A stretch of DNA of 64,000 nt, taken from the NCBI GenBank assembly GCA_963734275.1, contig CAVTGO010000008.1, positions 32,718-96,717 of the forward strand. The letters are read 5' to 3'. Of this stretch, positions 17,947 through 33,926 are shown piece by piece. Made by a program: the position numbers and the translations under genes. The DNA is from an uncultured Actinomycetes bacterium. GTDB taxonomy: Bacteria > Actinomycetota > UBA4738 > HRBIN12. The notes beneath the pieces were generated by a model that ran no database searches, had not been told where the DNA came from, and worked only from the letters and a program-made list of their open reading frames with translations. The first letter of the stretch is position 1; the number at the start of each line of letters is the position of its first letter.

Positions 17947-20382
17947 ATGGACACGGCCATCCGGGCACCCTCGCAGCCGGCGGCCGACCGGCAGACCCCC
18001 GGCATCTCGCGCGCTCGTCGGTTCCTCGCGGCGGCCGCGGGTCCCGCCCTGATCGTCGTCGCCGTCCTGATCGCCCTCCGCGGGTTCGCCTTCCTGCCGC
18101 GGCTGTCGAACCAGCACGCCGACCTCCTGTCCCAGTGGCTCCCGCGCTCCTGCTTCCTCGGGCGCTCGCTGGGGCAAGGCCACGTCCCGCTCTGGAACCC
18201 GTTCGAGCTGGCCGGCACCCCGTTCGCCGCGGACCCGCAGTCGGGGTGGCTCTCCCTGCCGACGATGCTGCTGTCTCGGGTCCTCGGGTGCGGCGCGGGC
18301 CTGCGGGCGCTGATCGTGATCAACCCGATCCTCGCCGGTCTCGGTCTCCGCTGGTTCCTGCGAAAGGAGGGTCTCGGGCGGATCGCGGCGACCGCCGGGG
18401 GGCTGTCGATCGCGATGGCGATGGCCGCCTCCACCGTGGCGATCAGTTTGCCGTTCTCGGGCACGCTGGCCTGGACCCCGCTCGTCCTCGTCGGGGCGTC
18501 CGGGTACTTCGGGACCCGCGGCTGGGGCCGGCTCGCCTGGCTGGCCCTCGCGGCGCTGGCGTGGGGTCAGGTGGCCACCGCGCACCTCTCGCACGGGCTC
18601 GTGATGTGCACCGGGCTCGCCGCCGCCTACGTCGTGGCGCGCTCGATCCGCGACGTGCGCCGGAGCGAGCTCGAGGCCCGCAGCGCGCTCCTGCTCTCGG
18701 TGGGGTTCTTCGCGTTCCTCCCGCTCGCGAACCTCGCGATCCTCGTTCCCCGGTTCGCGCTGATCGAGCGCTCCAGCCTGCGGGCGGGCTACGGGGTCCT
18801 CGAGGGCACCCTTCCCCGGATCGCCGGGGTGCAGGACCGCCCGATCCCGACGACCGGCGTGTGGAGCGCGTGGCCGCTCGCGCTCGCGTCCACGCCTGGC
18901 GCGTACCTCGGGGCCGTCACGCTGCTCGCGATCCCGCTCGCCCTGCGCGATCGCGCCCGCCGGTACCTGGTGCTCGCCTTCGCCGGGGCCGGGGTCATCG
19001 CGTACCTCCTCACGCTCTCGCTCCTGGTCGGCGCCGGGTGGTTCCGTGCGCTCGTGCTGCGGCTCCCCTTCGGCGACGTGTACCTCCACAACCCCTCGCG
19101 CCTCCGCTACCTCGCCCTGCTCGTCGTGCCGGTGCTCGGAGCCGTCGGGATCCACGGATTGCTCGAGGACCGTCCCCCGCTCCGGACGACCCTTCGGTGG
19201 TTCGCGGCCGGCGTGGGCGTGTTCCTCGTCTTCCCGCTCGTCGCAGGCGCGAACCCGGGGCGGCTCGTTATCTTCGCGGTGGGCTGCGCCGCAACGATCG
19301 GCGTCGTGTGGGCCCTGGCGCACCATCGTCGGTGGGCGCCGGCCGCCCTCGTCGGCGTGCTCACCGCCGAGCTCGTCGTCGGGGCCCTGTGGTCCTCGGC
19401 CTACGGGGGCGGCACCGTCTTCTACGGCCTCGAGGGGAAGGATCACCCGACCTTGGTCTGGGGCGCCCTGCGCTGGCCGACCGCGGACCTCGAGGGCTAC
19501 CTGCGACCCGGACCGATCGCGGTGGCGCTGTCGCGGGATGGCGAGGGCCGGTACCTCGCGTGGGTGCCGCCCGGCGCCTACTTCAACAAGGGGTACCTGT
19601 TCACGCAGGACCCGGCGGACTGGCCCGCGATGCTGCTCGGTCGGGCGGTGCTGTTCGAGGTCCCCGACGCGATCGGCGTCTCGCCGATCCAACTCCCGCG
19701 CTACTGGTCGTACATCCGCGCCACGAACCGACTGCCCGTCTTCTACAACGCTTCGGTGATCCAGGTCCCCTCGCCCGAGGACGTCCGGCTGCTCGGGATC
19801 CGGTACCTCCTCACGCACGAGTCGCAGCCGCTGCCCCCGGGCATCGCCGGCGAGGAGGTCGCGCGCGACGGCGGCTACCTCCTGCACCGGCTCGAGGGCA
19901 GCGGGGACCGGGTCTCGGTGGTGCCGGCGTGGACGGTCGTGTCGGACGATGCCGCCGCGCTCGAGGCGGTCCTCGAACCCGGCTTCGACCCCGCCGATGG
20001 CGCCGTCGTCGAGAGCGATCCGGGGATCGATCCGGTGCTGGGGGCTGCCGTCGGCATCGCGACCTACCAGGAGTCGGGTCCCGAGGACGTCCTGATCGGC
20101 GTCGAGGCGACCGCGCCGTCGCTCGTGCTCGTCCGCAACTCGTGGGACGAGGGATGGAGCGCCACGGTGGACGGGCGCCCGGCGCCGGTCCTTCCAGCCG
20201 ACGCGTTCGTGCAGGCCGTCCCGGTGGCGGCCGGAAGCCACGAGGTGCGGCTCCGCTACCGCGAGCCGTCGATCGCTCGAGGGCTCGCCCTGTCGGCGCT
20301 GGCCTGGATGGGGTTCGGGGGAGCACTCGCGTGGGCCCTGGTCAGCGGTCGCCGGGCTCGGGATCCGGGCGCTCCGCCGTGA
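17947..20382 (+). CDS. YfhO-like polytopic membrane protein (putative glycosyltransferase)
   Basis: 811 aa with more than 10 TM segments. The C-terminal soluble part ends NSWDEGWSATVDG...AG.HEV.L.Y.P plus a final TM, as I remember for the YfhO family. Confidence 0.65.
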   Translation: MDTAIRAPSQPAADRQTPGISRARRFLAAAAGPALIVVAVLIALRGFAFLPRLSNQHADLLSQWLPRSCFLGRSLGQGHVPLWNPFELAGTPFAADPQSGWLSLPTMLLSRVLGCGAGLRALIVINPILAGLGLRWFLRKEGLGRIAATAGGLSIAMAMAASTVAISLPFSGTLAWTPLVLVGASGYFGTRGWGRLAWLALAALAWGQVATAHLSHGLVMCTGLAAAYVVARSIRDVRRSELEARSALLLSVGFFAFLPLANLAILVPRFALIERSSLRAGYGVLEGTLPRIAGVQDRPIPTTGVWSAWPLALASTPGAYLGAVTLLAIPLALRDRARRYLVLAFAGAGVIAYLLTLSLLVGAGWFRALVLRLPFGDVYLHNPSRLRYLALLVVPVLGAVGIHGLLEDRPPLRTTLRWFAAGVGVFLVFPLVAGANPGRLVIFAVGCAATIGVVWALAHHRRWAPAALVGVLTAELVVGALWSSAYGGGTVFYGLEGKDHPTLVWGALRWPTADLEGYLRPGPIAVALSRDGEGRYLAWVPPGAYFNKGYLFTQDPADWPAMLLGRAVLFEVPDAIGVSPIQLPRYWSYIRATNRLPVFYNASVIQVPSPEDVRLLGIRYLLTHESQPLPPGIAGEEVARDGGYLLHRLEGSGDRVSVVPAWTVVSDDAAALEAVLEPGFDPADGAVVESDPGIDPVLGAAVGIATYQESGPEDVLIGVEATAPSLVLVRNSWDEGWSATVDGRPAPVLPADAFVQAVPVAAGSHEVRLRYREPSIARGLALSALAWMGFGGALAWALVSGRRARDPGAPP

Positions 20383-20389
20383 CCGCGCC

Positions 20390-21503
20390 CTACGCCGCCC
20401 CGGCCTCGGCGCGACGGCGGAGCTCGGCCTCGATCAGCTCGTCGATGTCGCCGTCGAGCACCCGGTCGACGTCGCCGATCTCCATGCCGGTGCGGTGGTC
20501 CTTCACCATGCGGTAGGGCGCGAGGACGTACGAGCGGATCTGCGAGCCGAAGTCGATGCCCTTCCGCTCCCCGCGCAGGCTGTCGATCTTCTCCTGTTGC
20601 TCCTCGCGCATCCGCTCGGCAAGACGCGACTTCAAGATCCGCATCGCGACCGCGCGGTTCTGCAGCTGCGATCGCTCGTTCTGGCACGCGGCCGACAGGC
20701 CCGTGGGCAGGTGCGTGATCCGAACGGCCGAGTCCGTCGTGTTCACCGACTGCCCGCCGGGACCGCTGGAGCGGTAGACGTCGATCCGCAGGTCCTTCGG
20801 GTCGATCTCGAACTCCTCCTCCGCGGTCTCCTCGAGCAGCGGGATGACATCGAGGTTGGCGAACGAGGTATGCCGACGCTTCTGCGCGTCGAACGGCGAG
20901 ATCCGCACGAGGCGGTGGACGCCGCGCTCGGTCGAGAGCAGGCCGTAGGCGTTCGGGCCGTGGACGACGAACGTTGCGCTCTTGATGCCCGCCTCGTCGC
21001 CGTACTGGGTCTCATCGACCTCGACGTCGAATCCCAGACGCTCGGCCCAGCGCAAGTACATCCGCATCAGCATCTCCGCCCAGTCCTGCGATTCGGTGCC
21101 TCCCGCCCCGGCGTGGAGCGTCGCCACCGCGTCGTTCGCGTCGTACTGGCCGCCGAGGAGCGAGGCGAGCTCGAGCCGCTCGACGTCGCGCTCGAGTTCG
21201 GCCATCGTCCGGGCGAGGTCGGCCGCCATCTCCTTGTCGGACTCGTCGGCCAGGAGCTCGGCCATCGCTCGAGCATCGGCGAGGCGCCGCTCGAGCTCGT
21301 CGTGGCGGTCGACCTCGGCGCGGAGCCGCGCGAGGCGGGTGGTTAGCTGCTTGGCGCGGTCGGCGTCGTTCCACAGGGTCGGGTCGGCGACCTGATGCTC
21401 CAGATCGGCGAGCTGCGCGCGTTTGCCCTCGACGTCAAAGGAACTCCTTCGCGGCGGCGATGCGCTTCGCGAGGAGGTCGAGGCGTTCGGCGTGGTCGCT
21501 CAC
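20390..21503 (-). CDS. prfB: Peptide chain release factor 2, requires a programmed +1 frameshift
   Basis: Frame 0 starts at GTG 21503: VSDHAERLDLLAKRIAAAKEFL then TGA. The +1 frame continues DVEGKRAQLADLEHQVADPTLWND... into the 291-aa track ORF, which carries SPF and GGQ. The total is 22+348 aa. Confidence 0.9.
21434..21449 (-). other. prfB +1 recoding signal: AAGGAG-TTC-CTT TGA C
   Basis: Minus-strand sequence GCG AAG GAG TTC CTT TGA C. It combines the CUU UGA C slippery/stop context with an upstream SD-like AAGGAG, as at the E. coli prfB site. Confidence 0.85.
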
Positions 21504-21549
21504 GGGACCCCATCGTACCCGGCGGCCGGGCCGCCGCTATCCTCACGCC

Positions 21550-22377
21550 ATGGCGGACCTGGGGCCCGGCGACCGGTTCGGGCCGTTCCGGCTGGAGGAG
21601 CAGCTCGGCGAGGGCGGCATGGGCGTCGTGTTCCGCGCGGTCCGCGAACCCGAGGGCGACGAGATCGCGCTCAAGGTCCTTCGACCCGAGCTCGCCGGGG
21701 ACGACACCTTCCGACGCCGGTTCGTCCACGAGGCGCGGGCCGCCGGCACCGTCCGCAACAACCACCTCGTCCCGATCCTGGACGCCGGCGAGGCGGACGG
21801 GCGGCCGTACCTGGCCGTGGCCTTCGTCCGCGGCAGCACCCTCGAGGATCACCTCGGGCGCGGCCCACTCTCGATCCGCGATGTGGTGCACGTGATCGGC
21901 CACGTCGCCGATGGGCTCGACGCTCTGCACGCCGCCGAGATCGTGCACCGTGACGTGAAGCCCTCGAACGTCATGATCGACACCGAGGGCGCGGCGAGCC
22001 TCACCGACTTCGGCCTCGCCAAGGGCCGCGCCTACACGGTGCTCACGAAGCCCGGCATGGTGATGGGCACGCTCGACTACCTGGCCCCCGAGATGCTCCG
22101 CGGGCAGGAGGCCACGCCGGCTTCGGACCTGTACGCGCTCGGGTGCCTCGCCTACGAGTGCGTAGCCGGGCACGCGCCGTTCGCCGACCGGACGATGTTC
22201 GACCTCGCCACCGCACACCTGAACGACGCCCCGCGCGACCCCGCCGAAGGCAGGTCAGACGTCGCGCCGGGCCTGTCGTGGGCGATCCTGCAATCTCTCG
22301 CGAAGGAGCCCTCGGAGCGCCCGCCGACCGCGACGGCCTTCTCCACGATGGTGCGCGCGGGCGCCGAGCAGCGATAG
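21550..22377 (+). CDS. Ser/Thr protein kinase (catalytic domain only)
   Basis: Starts at ATG 21550 and contains GEGGMGVVF, ALK, HRDVKPSN, DFG and APE. No TM segment or sensor domain follows. Confidence 0.85.
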   Translation: MADLGPGDRFGPFRLEEQLGEGGMGVVFRAVREPEGDEIALKVLRPELAGDDTFRRRFVHEARAAGTVRNNHLVPILDAGEADGRPYLAVAFVRGSTLEDHLGRGPLSIRDVVHVIGHVADGLDALHAAEIVHRDVKPSNVMIDTEGAASLTDFGLAKGRAYTVLTKPGMVMGTLDYLAPEMLRGQEATPASDLYALGCLAYECVAGHAPFADRTMFDLATAHLNDAPRDPAEGRSDVAPGLSWAILQSLAKEPSERPPTATAFSTMVRAGAEQR

Positions 22378-22393
22378 CCCGACCCGCTCGGCC

Positions 22394-24457
22394 CTACTGC
22401 GGGGGGATGGGCATCTCGCCGGTCGCGCGCGTCGCCAGCCAGGCGAGCCGCCCGTCGATCCGCCGGATCGCGTCTTCCCCCCCGAGGCGTTCGGCGACCT
22501 TGCGGGCGCGTGTCCAGAGCTGCGCCGCGCGACTCGGCGACTCGACCTCCACGGCGTGCTGGGCGGCGCGCTCCAGGTACTCGAGCGCCTTGGCCCGCTC
22601 GTCGCTCCGGTAGTAGTAGAACGCGAGCTGCTCGAGCCGCTCCCCCACCCCGTCGCCGAGGTGCTCGACCATCGCATCGCCGACGCGCGCGTACAGATCG
22701 CGCAGCGACGTGGGCGTGAGGGTCGACAGCGCGGCCTCCTGCAACAGCCCGTGGCGGAACGTGCACTCGAGCTCGGGGAACCGCCGAAGCTCGCGGACGA
22801 CATCGGCGCGCAGCAGCGCGCCGATGTCGCGCTCCGCCTCCTGGCTCCCGGCGACCGCGGCGGCCACGGACACGGGGAACTCGCGGCCGACCACCGCGGC
22901 GATCTGCGCGAGGCGCCGAGCACCCGGGTCGAGCCGGTCGATCCGCGCGACGAGCAGCGCCTCGAGCGCCGGCGGAAGCTCGGCCGCCGCCCCCGGCGTG
23001 ATCGTCCAGGTCCGGTGCCGGTCCCCACCCGCCTCGAGGAGCGCGCGCAGCAGCTCCTCCACGTACAAGGGGTTCCCCTCGGCCTTCGTCACGAGCTCGT
23101 CCTTCACGGTCTGCTCCACGAGCCCGGGGGGAACGAGCGCGTCGATCAGGCGGTGCCCCGCCTCCGGCGTGAGCGGCGGCAGCGGGACCTCGACCACGCG
23201 ATGCGCGAACTCGGTCTGCGCGGTCAACCGGAACGCCCAGCCCTCGGAGCCGGGATCGGGCCGCAGGGCGACGGTGAGCATCACGGCGGCCCGGTCCGTC
23301 AGACCGAGCAGGCGCTGCGCGAGCTCCCTCGTCGTTCGATCGGCCCAGTGCAGATCGTCGACCGCGAGCACGAGCGGCCGCCTCGACGCCAGCGCCTCGG
23401 CCCACGTGACGAACGCCTCCTGCATCCGTCCCGCGAGCTCGTCGGCTGACAACGCCAGCAGGTCGCGCTCGACGTCGGGCTCCAGCCGGATCGAGAGCAG
23501 GAGCCCGAGGTGGGGTACCACCTCATCCTGCGCAGCACCGAGCAGCGTCCCCGCCCGCGCGCGGAGCTTGGTGCGGACCGCGAGCTCGGCCTCCCCCTCC
23601 TCGAGTCCCAGCCACGTCCGCAACATCTCGACGAACGGCCCGTACGGCGATCCGGCCCCGTAGGACACACACCGGCCCTCGAGCCACGTCGCATCTTCAC
23701 CGGTGCGGGCGCGGAGTTCGGCGAGCATCCGCGTCTTGCCGAGCCCGGCTTCGCCGACGAGCACGAGCGCCTGGCCGCGCCCCGAGCGAAGGTCCGCGAC
23801 CGCCGTGTCCAGCCGTTGCAGCTCCCCTTCCCGGCCGACGATCGGTGTCCGCGACGGCGGCTCGGAGATCGGACGCGGGCCGACGAGACGCGAGGCCGTG
23901 ACCGCCCCGGTGCGACCCTTCACGGCAACCTCCCCGAGCGGCTCGAGCACGAAGCGCTCGGCGAGGCGAGAGGCGCTCCCCTGGCCGATCGCGATCGTCC
24001 CGGGCTCGGCGGCGCTCTGCAGGCGTGCGGCGACGTTCGTCGTGTCGCCGAGCGCGACGGTCTGGGCATCCTCGCCGCCCACCATGCCGACGGCGGCGGG
24101 CCCGCTGTTCAGCCCGACCCGCACGTTGAAGCCCTCGATCCCCCAGGCCGACTCGACCTCGGCGGCGTACTGCGTGGCCACGCCGATGATGCGGAGCGCC
24201 GCCCGCGCCGCCCGCTCCGGATCGTCCTCGTGGGCGGCCGGCACGCCGAAGTACGCGCAGATGCCGTCTCCCATGAACGCCTGGACCACGCCCCCGAACT
24301 CCTCGACGGCGCGGCTCATCCGGGTGACGCACTCGCCCACGAGGGCCTTCACCTCGTCGGGACCGAGGCGCTCGCCCAGGCCGGTCGAGCCGACGATGTC
24401 GGCGAACAGCGCCGTGATCGGGCGCATCTCGTCGCCGTACCCGCGACCCTCGCTCAC
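22394..24457 (-). CDS. Class III adenylate/guanylate cyclase domain fused to a STAND-type (AAA_16) NTPase and helical repeats
   Basis: 687 aa. The N-terminus reads ITALFADIVGST...GDG..A.FG...GDTTNVAARL and the P-loop is GEAGLGKT. The C-terminal helical region has no LuxR HTH. Confidence 0.8.
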   Translation of the reverse strand: MSEGRGYGDEMRPITALFADIVGSTGLGERLGPDEVKALVGECVTRMSRAVEEFGGVVQAFMGDGICAYFGVPAAHEDDPERAARAALRIIGVATQYAAEVESAWGIEGFNVRVGLNSGPAAVGMVGGEDAQTVALGDTTNVAARLQSAAEPGTIAIGQGSASRLAERFVLEPLGEVAVKGRTGAVTASRLVGPRPISEPPSRTPIVGREGELQRLDTAVADLRSGRGQALVLVGEAGLGKTRMLAELRARTGEDATWLEGRCVSYGAGSPYGPFVEMLRTWLGLEEGEAELAVRTKLRARAGTLLGAAQDEVVPHLGLLLSIRLEPDVERDLLALSADELAGRMQEAFVTWAEALASRRPLVLAVDDLHWADRTTRELAQRLLGLTDRAAVMLTVALRPDPGSEGWAFRLTAQTEFAHRVVEVPLPPLTPEAGHRLIDALVPPGLVEQTVKDELVTKAEGNPLYVEELLRALLEAGGDRHRTWTITPGAAAELPPALEALLVARIDRLDPGARRLAQIAAVVGREFPVSVAAAVAGSQEAERDIGALLRADVVRELRRFPELECTFRHGLLQEAALSTLTPTSLRDLYARVGDAMVEHLGDGVGERLEQLAFYYYRSDERAKALEYLERAAQHAVEVESPSRAAQLWTRARKVAERLGGEDAIRRIDGRLAWLATRATGEMPIPPQ

Positions 24458-24604
24458 GCACGAACCTCCTGGCAGCCGAGCCTAGCCGACCCCGCGAGCC
24501 ACCGGTGACCGATGTCACACCGCGCCGGTGCCCGGCGGCACCGCCGTCTCGCGGCCCCCTCCCTAGGCTGCAGACATCGAACCACCGAGCGGAAGGAGAG
24601 AGCG

Positions 24605-24835
24605 ATGAGCACCAGGACCGCGAGCCTCCCGATCGAGCGGGGATACCTGCTGAAGGCCTGGTTCGTCGTGGCGGGGATCGTGCTCGCCGCCACCGTGGCC
24701 ATCGTGATCGCCCTGAGCGCGGGATCCACTCCTGCCGGCGGCACGGGCCCCGAGCCCGTGTCCGACTTCGGACCCTCGAACGGCACCCACCAGCCGATCC
24801 TGGTCAACGGAACCGTTTGCGGACAGTGCCGGTGA
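24605..24835 (+). CDS. Small single-TM protein with C-terminal CGQC
   Basis: The ATG at 24605 is preceded by GGAAGGAGAG. 76 aa with one TM. No family recognised. Confidence 0.45.
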   Translation: MSTRTASLPIERGYLLKAWFVVAGIVLAATVAIVIALSAGSTPAGGTGPEPVSDFGPSNGTHQPILVNGTVCGQCR

Positions 24836-24858
24836 GGTAACCCCCCTCTCCGCACTCC

Positions 24859-24889
24859 GGGAGCCGGCCCGAACGGGCCGGCTCCTTTC
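24859..24889 (+). terminator. Candidate intrinsic terminator hairpin
   Basis: GGAGCCGGCCC-GAAC-GGGCCGGCTCC followed by TTTC. It lies between the convergent small gene (+) and secA (-). The U-tract is short. Confidence 0.35.
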
Positions 24890-24917
24890 ACGTTCCCTCG
24901 TCGCTGCTCCCGGCGGG

Positions 24918-27589
<2,672 letters not shown>

Positions 27590-27660
27590 ATCTGAGGCCT
27601 TTCGCGTGCCTGGGGTCCGACCTCCAATGGTACCGGAGGCCCCGCGGAGCCCCGGGAGCC

Positions 27661-28827
27661 TCAGGCGCGCCGGGGGTTCGGCGCGACGGCCTCGCGCACG
27701 CGGAGGACCGAGACCATGACGAGCAGCACGACGCCGGCCACACCGAGACCCAGCACGCGGAAGCCCGCCCCCTCGAACACGAACGCCCCCGTCAGGCCCG
27801 CGAAAGCCGACGAGAGGCTGACCAGCAGATCCGTGAAGCCCAGAGCGCCGGCGCGCTCGCCGGGCGCCGTCTGGTCGCTGATCACCGCGGTGGCGCCGAG
27901 GAAGGTGGCGGACCAGCCGAGGCCGATCAGGAACAGCCCCACCGCGACGACGCCCGGCGCCGAGTCCGTCGCGGCGAGCAGCGCACCAACGATGCTCGCC
28001 GAACCCCCGGCGACGAGGCCGGGTCGGCGCCCGAAGCGGTCGAGCGCGGCTCCGATGAACGGGGAGAACGCCCACATCCCCAGGATGTGGAGGCTGATGA
28101 CGGTGGATACGGCCGTGGAGCTCGCGTCGTGCTCGTGCAGCGCTACCGGGGTCACGCTCATGACGGCGACCATCGCCATCTGTCCCACCGCGGCGGCGAT
28201 CACGGCCATGCGCACCGCGGGGATACTCAGCAGCTCGCGCGGCCGCCGAGCGTGGCCGTCGGCCGGCGCGATCACGTCGGTCTGGACCGCGAGGTCCCTC
28301 GGATCGGGCCGCAGTGCCAGGGCGCACGCGAATGCCGATAACGCCCCGATGGGGACGACGATCCAGGGGAAGACCTGCGGGTCGCGTCCCCCGGCCTCGG
28401 CCACGTTCTCTAGGAACGCGATCAGGAACGGGCTGCCGACGGCCCCGACCGTGCCGGTGGCAAGGACGATCCCGAGGGCGCGACCTCGATGCTCGGGCGC
28501 ATACATGTCGGCCACCGCGCCGCGCGCCAGGTTGGCGCCGCCGAACCCGAGCCCGAACACCACGGCGAACACCAGCAGGAGCGGGAACGACCCGAGCGAG
28601 ACGGCCAGGGCACATCCACCGCCGGCCGTCGCGAGCAGCAGGTAGCCGCCGAGGAGCCCAGGCCGGCGGCCCCGCCGGTCCATCCACCGGCCGAACGCGA
28701 GGGCGCCCCCCGCGGCGGCGAGGAAGTAACCGGCGTTCATGATCCCGACGGCGCCGTCGCGTCCGGTCATCTCGGCCGCGGCCACACTGCCCAGGATCAG
28801 GAGCACCGGGAACGTCGTCTGCGCCAA
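27661..28827 (-). CDS. MFS transporter (start uncertain, probably upstream of 28827)
   Basis: 388 aa from TTG 28827, with the motif [12 protein letters not shown] and about 11-12 TM segments. The frame stays open upstream ([21 protein letters not shown]) and appears to hold the start of TM1, but it has no ATG/GTG/TTG. Confidence 0.75.
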   Translation of the reverse strand: MAQTTFPVLLILGSVAAAEMTGRDGAVGIMNAGYFLAAAGGALAFGRWMDRRGRRPGLLGGYLLLATAGGGCALAVSLGSFPLLLVFAVVFGLGFGGANLARGAVADMYAPEHRGRALGIVLATGTVGAVGSPFLIAFLENVAEAGGRDPQVFPWIVVPIGALSAFACALALRPDPRDLAVQTDVIAPADGHARRPRELLSIPAVRMAVIAAAVGQMAMVAVMSVTPVALHEHDASSTAVSTVISLHILGMWAFSPFIGAALDRFGRRPGLVAGGSASIVGALLAATDSAPGVVAVGLFLIGLGWSATFLGATAVISDQTAPGERAGALGFTDLLVSLSSAFAGLTGAFVFEGAGFRVLGLGVAGVVLLVMVSVLRVREAVAPNPRRA

Positions 28828-28904
28828 GCCCTGCGCGAAGGCCAGCAGGATGGTGTTGCGCCGGATCAGCCGCGCGCGTCCCTCGACGATCGTGGCGGAT
28901 CGAC

Positions 28905-29591
28905 TCAGCGGATCTCGATCATCTTCTCGCGCACCGCGTACACGACCGCCTCCATGCGCGAGTGCAGGTGGAGCTTCTCGAGGATGTTGCGGATGTGGTT
29001 CTTCACGGTGTTCTCGGAGATGAACAGCTGCTTGGCGATGTCGCGGTTGTTCAGGCCCTGCGCCACGAGCCTGAGAACCTCCATCTCGCGGTCCGTCAGC
29101 CGGGGCGCCGGCATCTGCGGTTTCTCCTCGGATGCCTTGCTGATCGCCGCGAACTCCGAGAGGAGCTTGCTCGCCATCGACGGGCTGATCCGCGACTGTC
29201 CGGCCCAGACCGAGCGGATCGCGTCGGCGACCTCCTCGATCGGGATCTCCTTCAGCAGGTACCCGGAGGCCCCCGCCTTGATCGCCTCGTAGAGGTCCCC
29301 CTCCTCGTCGCTGATCGTGAGCATGAGGATCTTCACGTGGGGCAGGAGGTCCTTGATCTCGCTGGCCGCCTCGATCCCCGACTTCTTCGGCATCCGGACA
29401 TCCATCAAGATCACGTCGGGCATGAGCTCCTGCGAGCGCACCACGACCTCCTCGCCGTCCGAGGCCTCGCCGACGAGCTCCAAGTCCGGCTCTTGCTCCA
29501 GCACCATCTGCAGGCCTCGACGGAACAGGGCGTGGTCGTCGCAGACGAGCACGCGGAGCTTCTCCGGCTGCTGGGTCGTTTCCTCGCTCAC
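28905..29591 (-). CDS. Response regulator, NarL/FixJ family (REC + LuxR-type HTH)
   Basis: 228 aa with VLVCDDH...[10 protein letters not shown] and [39 protein letters not shown]. No adjacent histidine kinase. Confidence 0.9.
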   Translation of the reverse strand: MSEETTQQPEKLRVLVCDDHALFRRGLQMVLEQEPDLELVGEASDGEEVVVRSQELMPDVILMDVRMPKKSGIEAASEIKDLLPHVKILMLTISDEEGDLYEAIKAGASGYLLKEIPIEEVADAIRSVWAGQSRISPSMASKLLSEFAAISKASEEKPQMPAPRLTDREMEVLRLVAQGLNNRDIAKQLFISENTVKNHIRNILEKLHLHSRMEAVVYAVREKMIEIR

Positions 29592-29605
29592 GGGTCCCCC
29601 GTTCG

Positions 29606-30109
<504 letters not shown>

Positions 30110-30378
30110 CCCGCCTCCGATCGTCGCTCCGGAGCTCCATCCTGGCGCCCCGGACCACCACCTCGCTCGCGCCTCGAGCGGAAGAAGGGGGCCCGTGTCC
30201 GGCTGACCTGGTCTTTGACCCCACACCCGCCTGCGGGGGTGATCGCCGCCCGCGAGCGGCTTCGCACCCTCTCCCGCCGAGGTCACCCTCTCCGGGGCAG
30301 GACTGACATCTAAACCGCGCCATGCTCACCGACCAAGGGTCGGCTTACGTGGGTCGCTTCGCCCGCGGCTGGCATCGA

Positions 30379-31137
30379 CTACCGAGGAGCGACTCCCCGG
30401 GCAACCACAGACCCGGACACGGGCCCGGCGTCGAGTATAGGACCGCGGCCAGGCCGGTTGAGCGCGCGGGCGGCCGTGAGGAGGGAGACCTCGGCGGCTC
30501 CGGCGGCGAGCAGGACCTCGGCGCACGCTGCGGCGGTCGACCCGGTGGTCAGGACGTCGTCGACGAGGAGCACCCGGCCCGCAGGGCGCCCGGCCGGAGC
30601 GAATACGCCCCGCATCGCCTCTCGTCTCGCCTGGGCGCCGCGCCGGGCTTGCGACCCCGCGTCCGTCGCGCGCCGGAGCAGGGAGGCCGTCGGCAGCCCG
30701 AGGCGCGGCGCCACCGCGAGCGCCAGGACCCGCGCCTGGTCGTACCCGCGTTCGGCCAGGCGGCGGCGAGAGAGCGGCACCCACGTCACGACGTCCGTCC
30801 TGACGTCCGGCCCACCGGCCGCGTCAGCCCCCCACGCCTCCGACATCGCGGCGGCCAAGGCTTGGGCGACCGGCCGCCACCCCGCGAACTTCAACCGGTG
30901 GACGGAGCGACGGATCGGACCGTCGAACAGGAACGGCGCCCGCGAGCGGGTGATCGACGGCGGCGGACAGTCGCGGCACGACCCGACAGGAGGGGTGGCC
31001 GGCGCGCCGCACCGGTGGCACCACGGCGGCGCGAGCACGGACAGGAGCGCCCGGCAGCGATCGCAGAAGGGCCAGGGTCCCGCGCCGCACCCGGCGCAGC
31101 GCTTCGGGAACAGCGCCTCCACGAACGGGCCGAGCAC
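30379..31137 (-). CDS. ComF-family phosphoribosyltransferase-domain protein
   Basis: 252 aa with N-terminal Cys pairs (CAGCG...CDRC, CHRCG...CRDC) and the PRTase motif VLLVDDVLTTGST. Confidence 0.8.
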   Translation of the reverse strand: MLGPFVEALFPKRCAGCGAGPWPFCDRCRALLSVLAPPWCHRCGAPATPPVGSCRDCPPPSITRSRAPFLFDGPIRRSVHRLKFAGWRPVAQALAAAMSEAWGADAAGGPDVRTDVVTWVPLSRRRLAERGYDQARVLALAVAPRLGLPTASLLRRATDAGSQARRGAQARREAMRGVFAPAGRPAGRVLLVDDVLTTGSTAAACAEVLLAAGAAEVSLLTAARALNRPGRGPILDAGPVSGSVVARGVAPR

Positions 31138-31168
31138 CGGCGCACGCTAGCGCGCCCCACCGACATCC

Positions 31169-33925
<2,757 letters not shown>

Positions 33926-33926
33926 G

